Shown here: piece after piece, positions 36,001-40,478 of the stretch
How the letters are laid out: every line of letters begins with the position of its first letter
Position numbering within the stretch: the stretch's first letter is position 1
Source of the DNA: Escherichia phage PhiNW-B1
Sequence record: PQ476010.1
Length of the DNA stretch: 40,478 nt
Strand: one strand, 5' to 3'
Made by a program: the position numbers and the translations under genes
The notes under the pieces: model-generated
The model's database searches: none
What the model was told of the DNA's origin: nothing
What the model saw: only the letters and a program-made list of their open reading frames with translations

Positions 36001-36894
36001 TTCGATGACCGCTGGCTTAAGACCGCTGGTATCTCTGACGAGCAGTGGAAGGGCATTAAGTCCCTCATCCGTGAGTCAGTGACTCGTGGTCCAGACGGGA
36101 AGTACACCATTAAGGATAAGAAGGCGTTCAGTCAGGACCCAAGGGCTATGGACCTGTGGCGTATGGGTGATACCATCGCTGACGAAACGTTACTACGTCC
36201 TCATAAGCTGTCCAACATGGACGCAAAGGCTTATGGTCCTCTCGCTAAGACTGTCCTTCAGTTTAAGAACTTCGTCATCAAGTCCATCAATGGACGTACC
36301 ATGCGAACCTTCTATAACGCCACGAAGAACAACCGAGCGATGGACGCTGCCCTGTCCACTGTGATCTCTATGGGTCTTGCTGGTATCTACTACATGGCTC
36401 AGGCTCATGTCAAGGCTTACGCTATGCAGGATGGTCGAGACCGTGACTACCTCAAGCAAGCTCTAGACCCGACGATGATTGGATATGCAGCTCTATCGCG
36501 TAGTTCACACCTTGGTGGACCACTTGGGGTAGCTAACATTCTGGGTGGCATCGCTGGGTATGAGGACACTAAGATGCTCCGTTCGTCTATCCTACCTCGT
36601 TCGCCCACAGAGAAGCCTGAACGTGCAATCGCGTATGGTGCAGCTACAAGTGACCCTGTGATGAATGTTGTTGGTAACTTCTTGGAGCAGGTTCCAGCTT
36701 TCGGATATGCTGCTAACGTTGGTGCTTCGGCTTATAACTTGGCTGGCTACCTGAAGGCCGACACTCGGGTAAACGAGCGAGACTACATGACCGGGATGTA
36801 TAACACCTTCCGTGAACTGGTTCCGAACGACCCGATTACTCAGAAGTTGCTACTGGGAACGTTTGAGGAGCAAGGTATCCACATCAAGGACTAA
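32998..36894 (+). CDS. 16: internal virion protein D (T7 gp16 homolog) with divergent N-terminal domain
   Basis: 1298 aa (T7 1318); from about residue 200 onward co-linear with T7 gp16 by recall (TWFGF..AAEAE, RWN.H.WT.EEL, PVDPL.YVP, LVRSPTGMQSGASGK, NDKAYGISH, NGDIAIM); first ~130 aa differ. Confidence 0.95.
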   Translation: MATRGVRNANPGNIRKSKDQWEGAVGDDGAFVIFDSPESGVRALAKNLQSYGRQGYDSIEKIINRWAPPNENDTQSYIDSVVAATGIPATQSIDLSNPDVLASLSEAIGYHETGSRYDPEVYKTGVSRALSGAGGITPKTSPVSANVFDALTEGLKSKPKVALGENLPGVTGMNIEGQAPEAPNESFGEMFYKSTGETLDQRADRSTWFGFGGAAEAEVKNSMVGVAIRAGQTEDSLDVIGDVFNPTRWNNHKWTREELDQIRNAGVLPQYYGVITGGSPQNLTELINLALENQKLDQEKAKAGTGAQLAAGVIGAGVDPLTYVPIAGQVGKGGKLINKMFTVAAQSGALAGASEIARTSVAGGDAHVAEAIMGGALFGGGMTAIGDAIGKALGKSTNEFAGPATRLEARETARNVDGQDLSRMPIREGEETFRHQGVKFADVPNEPGSVRLEDGSILIGENPLNPKTRQVFDEVIEPERAAAGVNLGGLTEIGLKLLRSENPEIRGVAADLVRSPTGMQSGASGKIGTTASDVFERLRAVDHRFYNDIDDAVTEALKDPYFQTAFWRDSGAFRQDIYQRVSMAIEDGSGNLKAELTPGELKVYDLLKNQFDAKREMMENPAMFGRPDAQSIFPGSRFKGTYVPHVYSNQMKELYIKELGSPEALQEAIKKSWLTSYASRPEVKKRVDEALLEADPTLTPEGLAAAVDKYANDKAYGISHTEQFERSSVMEENINGLVGLENNSFLEARNLFDSDMSIVLPNGQTFSVNNLREWDMDKIVPAYNRRVNGDIAIMAGTGKTTKDMKDLVETMMNKAGDDGKLKGEVSTLRDTLKILTGRARRDGADDAAFATVMRTMTDLSFFAKNAYMGVQNLTEIGGMLARGNVRAMLHGVPIFRDLAFRNKKVGASEIKDLHNVIFGKELDDSIRPSKQDVIDRLRSYSDLGRGTATALGTAKYYTGELAVRSPFTKVLNGTTNYLLDAGRQGFLSDIVEHSLTGSKRKFDDRWLKTAGISDEQWKGIKSLIRESVTRGPDGKYTIKDKKAFSQDPRAMDLWRMGDTIADETLLRPHKLSNMDAKAYGPLAKTVLQFKNFVIKSINGRTMRTFYNATKNNRAMDAALSTVISMGLAGIYYMAQAHVKAYAMQDGRDRDYLKQALDPTMIGYAALSRSSHLGGPLGVANILGGIAGYEDTKMLRSSILPRSPTEKPERAIAYGAATSDPVMNVVGNFLEQVPAFGYAANVGASAYNLAGYLKADTRVNERDYMTGMYNTFRELVPNDPITQKLLLGTFEEQGIHIKD

Positions 36895-36912
36895 ACTATC
36901 ACTATAGGAAAC
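36890..36912 (+). promoter_or_regulatory. phage RNAP promoter (phi17-like), +1 G at 36907
   Basis: ACTAAACTATCACTATAGGAAAC overlapping gene 16 stop. Confidence 0.75.
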
Positions 36913-36958
36913 TGGAGGCGCTACCATAGGTCTCCGTTTAAATAACAAAGGAGGCATA

Positions 36959-39900
36959 ATGTCCACGATTACACAATTCCCTTCAGGAAACACTCAGTAC
37001 AGGATTGAGTTCGACTACCTAGCCAGAACGTTTGTTGTTGTTACGCTGGTGAATAGCTCTAACCCTACCCTGAACCGTGTACTGGAAGTTGGTCGAGATT
37101 ACCGATTCCTTAATCCAACGATGATTGAGATGTTGGTTGACCAATCAGGTTTCGACATCGTTCGTATTCACCGTCAGACTGGAACTGACTTAGTGGTAGA
37201 CTTCAGGAATGGCTCAGTGTTGACAGCTAGTGACCTGACCAATTCAGAGCTTCAGGCTATCCATATTGCAGAAGAAGGTCGAGACCAAACGGTTGACTTA
37301 GCGAAGGAATATGCCGATGCTGCTGGTAGCTCTGCTGGCAACGCTAAGGATAGCGAGGACGAAGCACGCCGAATCGCTGAGAGTATCAGGGCAGCTGGTC
37401 TAATTGGCTATATGACCCGTCGCTCCTTCGAGAAAGGCTACAACGTTACAACATGGAGCGAGGTCCTGCTATGGGAAGAGGATGGTGATTATTACCGCTG
37501 GGATGGTACGCTTCCAAAGAACGTTCCTGCTGGTTCAACTCCTGAAACTTCCGGTGGGATTGGATTAGGTGCGTGGGTTAGTGTTGGTGATGCTGCTTTA
37601 AGAAGTCAGATTTCAAATCCTGAAGGGGCAATACTCTACCCTGAATTACATAGAGCACGCTGGCTTGATGAAAAAGATGTTCGTGGTTGGGGTGCTAAAG
37701 GGGATGGTGTCACTGATGATACAGCAGCATTAACGAGCGCATTAAACGACACACCGGTTGGACAAAAGATTAATGGCAATGGGGGAACATATAAGGTCAC
37801 ATCCCTGCCTGACATTAGTAGATTCGTCAATACTCGTTTTGTATATGAACGTATTCCTGGTCAGCCGCTTTATTATGTCTCTGAAGAATTTGTTCAAGGT
37901 GAACTGTTTAAAATAACGGACACCCCTTATTACAATGCGTGGCCACAGGATAAAGCGTTCGTTTACGATGATGTTATTTACTGCCCGTTCATGGCTGGTG
38001 ATAGACATGGGGTCAGTCGTCTGCATGTATCATGGGTTAAGTCTGGTGATGACGGTCAAACATGGTCTACTCCAGAGTGGTTAACTGATCTGCATCCAGA
38101 TTACCCTACAGTGAACTATCATTGTATGAGCATGGGTGTATGTCGCAACCGTCTGTTTGCCATGATTGAAACACGTACTTTAGCCAAGAACGCACTAACC
38201 AATTGTGCATTGTGGGATCGTCCTATGTCTCGTAGTCTGCACCTTACTGGTGGTATCACTAAGGCTGCAAATCAGCAATATGCAACAATACATGTACCAG
38301 ATCACGGACTATTCGTGGGCGATTTTGTTAACTTCTCTAATTCTGCGGTAACAGGTGTATCAGGTGATATGACTGTTGCAACGGTAATAGATAAGGACAA
38401 CTTCACGGTCCTTACACCTAACCAGCAGACTTCAGATTTGAATAACGCTGGAAAGAGTTGGCACATGGGTACTTCTTTCCATAAGTCTCCATGGCGTAAG
38501 ACAGATCTTGGTCTAATCCCTCGTGTCACAGAGGTGCATAGCTTTGCTACTATTGATAACAATGGCTTTGTTATGGGCTATCATCAAGGTGATGTAGCTC
38601 CACGAGAAGTTGGTCTTTTCTACTTCCCCGATGCTTTCAATAGCCCATCTAATTATGTTCGTCGTCAGATACCATCTGAGTATGAACCAGATGCGTCAGA
38701 GCCATGCATCAAGTACTATGACGGTGTATTATACCTTATCACTCGTGGCACTCGTGGTGACAGACTTGGAAGCTCTTTGCATCGTAGTAGAGATATAGGT
38801 CAGACTTGGGAGTCACTGAGATTTCCACATAATGTTCATCATACTACATTACCTTTTGCTAAAGTAGGGGATGACCTTATTATGTTTGGTTCAGAACGTG
38901 CAGAAAATGAATGGGAAGCAGGTGCACCAGATGATCGTTACAAGGCATCTTATCCTCGCACCTTCTATGCACGCTTGAATGTAAACAATTGGAATGCAGA
39001 TGGTATTGAATGGGTTAACATCACTGACCAGATTTATCAGGGCGGAATAGTTAACTCAGGTGTAGGTGTTGGTTCGGTAGTTGTGAAGGATAATTACATC
39101 TACTACATGTTTGGTGGAGAGGACCATTTTAACCCATGGACATATGGCGATAACTCAGCGAAAGACCCATTCAAATCGGATGGTCACCCCTCGGATTTGT
39201 ATTGCTACAAAATGAAGATTGGCCCAGACAATCGTGTTTCCAGAGATTTCAGATATGGTGCTGTACCCAACAGAGCTGTTCCCGTGTTTTTTGATACGAA
39301 TGGGATTCGCACTGTTCCTGCGCCAATGGAATTTACAGGGGATTTGGGTTTAGGTCATGTGACCCTTAGAGCCAGCACCAGTAGTAACATTCGCTCTGAA
39401 GTTTTAATGGAAGGTGAATATGGGTTTATCGGGAAGTCTATACCGACTGATAACCCGGCAGGGCAGCGCACCATATTTTGCGGGGGTGAAGGCACCAGTT
39501 CAACGACTGGCGCACAGATTACGCTTTATGGTGCAAATAACACCGACTCAAGGCGAATAGTTTACAATGGTGATGAGCATCTGTTCCAGACTGCTGATGT
39601 TAAGCCTTATAACGATAACGTCACTGCGCTTGGTGGGCCTAGCAACCGTTTCACCACTGCATACCTCGGAAGTAACCCTATTGTTACTTCTAATGGGGAG
39701 AAGAAAACAGAGCCGGTAGTTTTTGATGATGCTTTCCTAGATGCCTGGGGTGACGTTCACTACATCATGTATCAATGGTTAGATGCTGTTCAACTGAAAG
39801 GCAATGATGCTCGTATTCACTTCGGGGTTATTGCTCAGCAAATTCGTGATGTATTCATTGCACACGGTCTGATGGATGAAAACAGTACGAATTGTCGTTA

Positions 39901-40153
39901 TGCCGTTCTGTGCTATGACAAGTATCCACGGATGACCGATACGGTATTTTCGCACAATGAAATCATTGAACACACTGACGAGGAGGGCAATGTCACTACT
40001 ACGGAAGAGCCTGTATTCACTGAGGTTGTTATCCATGAAGAGGGTGAGGAGTGGGGTGTTCGGCCTGACGGAATTTTCTTTGCTGAAGCCGCTTATCAGA
40101 GAAGAAAACTGGAAAGAATCGAAGCCAGACTTTCTGCTCTTGAACAGAAGTAA
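36959..40153 (+). CDS. 17: tail spike: T7 gp17-like N-terminal adaptor fused to endo-N-acetylneuraminidase (endosialidase) and C-terminal intramolecular chaperone domain
   Basis: 1064 aa; N-terminus MSTITQFPSGNTQYRIEFDYLARTFVVVTLVNSS resembles T7 gp17 N-terminus; two Asp-boxes SGDDGQTW (38042-38065) and SRDIGQTW (38786-38809); same length as the K1F endosialidase precursor by recall. Confidence 0.93.
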   Translation: MSTITQFPSGNTQYRIEFDYLARTFVVVTLVNSSNPTLNRVLEVGRDYRFLNPTMIEMLVDQSGFDIVRIHRQTGTDLVVDFRNGSVLTASDLTNSELQAIHIAEEGRDQTVDLAKEYADAAGSSAGNAKDSEDEARRIAESIRAAGLIGYMTRRSFEKGYNVTTWSEVLLWEEDGDYYRWDGTLPKNVPAGSTPETSGGIGLGAWVSVGDAALRSQISNPEGAILYPELHRARWLDEKDVRGWGAKGDGVTDDTAALTSALNDTPVGQKINGNGGTYKVTSLPDISRFVNTRFVYERIPGQPLYYVSEEFVQGELFKITDTPYYNAWPQDKAFVYDDVIYCPFMAGDRHGVSRLHVSWVKSGDDGQTWSTPEWLTDLHPDYPTVNYHCMSMGVCRNRLFAMIETRTLAKNALTNCALWDRPMSRSLHLTGGITKAANQQYATIHVPDHGLFVGDFVNFSNSAVTGVSGDMTVATVIDKDNFTVLTPNQQTSDLNNAGKSWHMGTSFHKSPWRKTDLGLIPRVTEVHSFATIDNNGFVMGYHQGDVAPREVGLFYFPDAFNSPSNYVRRQIPSEYEPDASEPCIKYYDGVLYLITRGTRGDRLGSSLHRSRDIGQTWESLRFPHNVHHTTLPFAKVGDDLIMFGSERAENEWEAGAPDDRYKASYPRTFYARLNVNNWNADGIEWVNITDQIYQGGIVNSGVGVGSVVVKDNYIYYMFGGEDHFNPWTYGDNSAKDPFKSDGHPSDLYCYKMKIGPDNRVSRDFRYGAVPNRAVPVFFDTNGIRTVPAPMEFTGDLGLGHVTLRASTSSNIRSEVLMEGEYGFIGKSIPTDNPAGQRTIFCGGEGTSSTTGAQITLYGANNTDSRRIVYNGDEHLFQTADVKPYNDNVTALGGPSNRFTTAYLGSNPIVTSNGEKKTEPVVFDDAFLDAWGDVHYIMYQWLDAVQLKGNDARIHFGVIAQQIRDVFIAHGLMDENSTNCRYAVLCYDKYPRMTDTVFSHNEIIEHTDEEGNVTTTEEPVFTEVVIHEEGEEWGVRPDGIFFAEAAYQRRKLERIEARLSALEQK

Positions 40154-40287
40154 TAAACAAAACCCTTTTGCCATTAAGTTGGTGGGGTAGATGTTAGAAG
40201 GTTGTGGAGGTAGAGGCTAACTACACGCTAAACAACATAGGGTAACAACTTTGGGTCACGGACGACCCGCTTTAAACTGGAGGTTTT

Positions 40288-40478
40288 ATGATTGAGTTAG
40301 ACTTCAAGAATGAGGTCCTTAAAGCCTCTCCTATAGTCGGGACCGCTGCGGCTGATGGTGCCAGTCGGTTCTTCTTCGGACTCACACTTAACGAATGGTT
40401 CTACGTTGCAGCTATCGCGTACACCGTTGTCCAGATTGGTGTGCTAGTCTACAAAACGATTAAAGGAGGTGGTAAAAC
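40288..40478 (+). CDS. 17.5: class II holin (T7 gp17.5 homolog), 3' end truncated by window edge
   Basis: MIELDFKNEVLKASPIVGTAAADGASRFFFGLTLNEWFYVAAIAYTVVQIG resembles T7 gp17.5 by recall; GGAGG RBS. Confidence 0.85.
   Translation, partial: MIELDFKNEVLKASPIVGTAAADGASRFFFGLTLNEWFYVAAIAYTVVQIGVLVYKTIKGGGK

Noticed and set aside
40154-40287. Possible terminator between tail spike and holin genes
   Set aside because: Only a weak GGGTC/GACCC stem without a clear U-tract; not convincing.

Overview
This window is a near-complete genome of a T7-like podophage (Autographiviridae, T7/K1F-like gene order); all credible genes are on the + strand. The record is circularly permuted relative to the physical DNA ends. 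It starts at gene 18 (small terminase), runs through 18.5/18.7 (spanins), an HNH endonuclease, gene 19 (large terminase) and 19.5, then crosses the concatemer junction at about 3.6-4.0 kb (short-repeat arrays flanking a terminal-repeat segment whose start, TCTCACAGT, resembles the T7 left end). It continues through the early region (host-type promoters, Ocr, small early proteins, no gene 0.7 kinase), the phage RNA polymerase, the DNA-metabolism genes (ligase, gp2, SSB, endonuclease I, amidase, primase-helicase, DNA polymerase, exonuclease) and the structural genes (portal, scaffold, capsid 10A/10B, tail tube 11/12, internal core 13-16), and ends with a 1064-aa tail spike and the 5' part of the holin gene. 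The tail spike carries two sialidase Asp-boxes and a C-terminal chaperone-like domain, so it is most likely an endosialidase, implying an E. coli K1 host. Eleven phage-RNAP promoters (consensus CTAAACTATCACTATAGG(G)A) are visible, plus a Tphi-like and an early terminator and a family of AGGTCA/TGGCCT hairpins that look like RNase III sites. No single novel multi-gene system stands out; the items worth a second look are two HNH homing endonucleases at unusual positions, an Ocr homolog with a C-terminal extension, uncharacterised early and accessory ORFs, a phage promoter directly upstream of the RNAP gene, and promoter-embedding palindromes. No tRNA, CRISPR, integrase or minus-strand genes were found. 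All function calls are by recall of T7-family proteins and sequence inspection; no database search was run.
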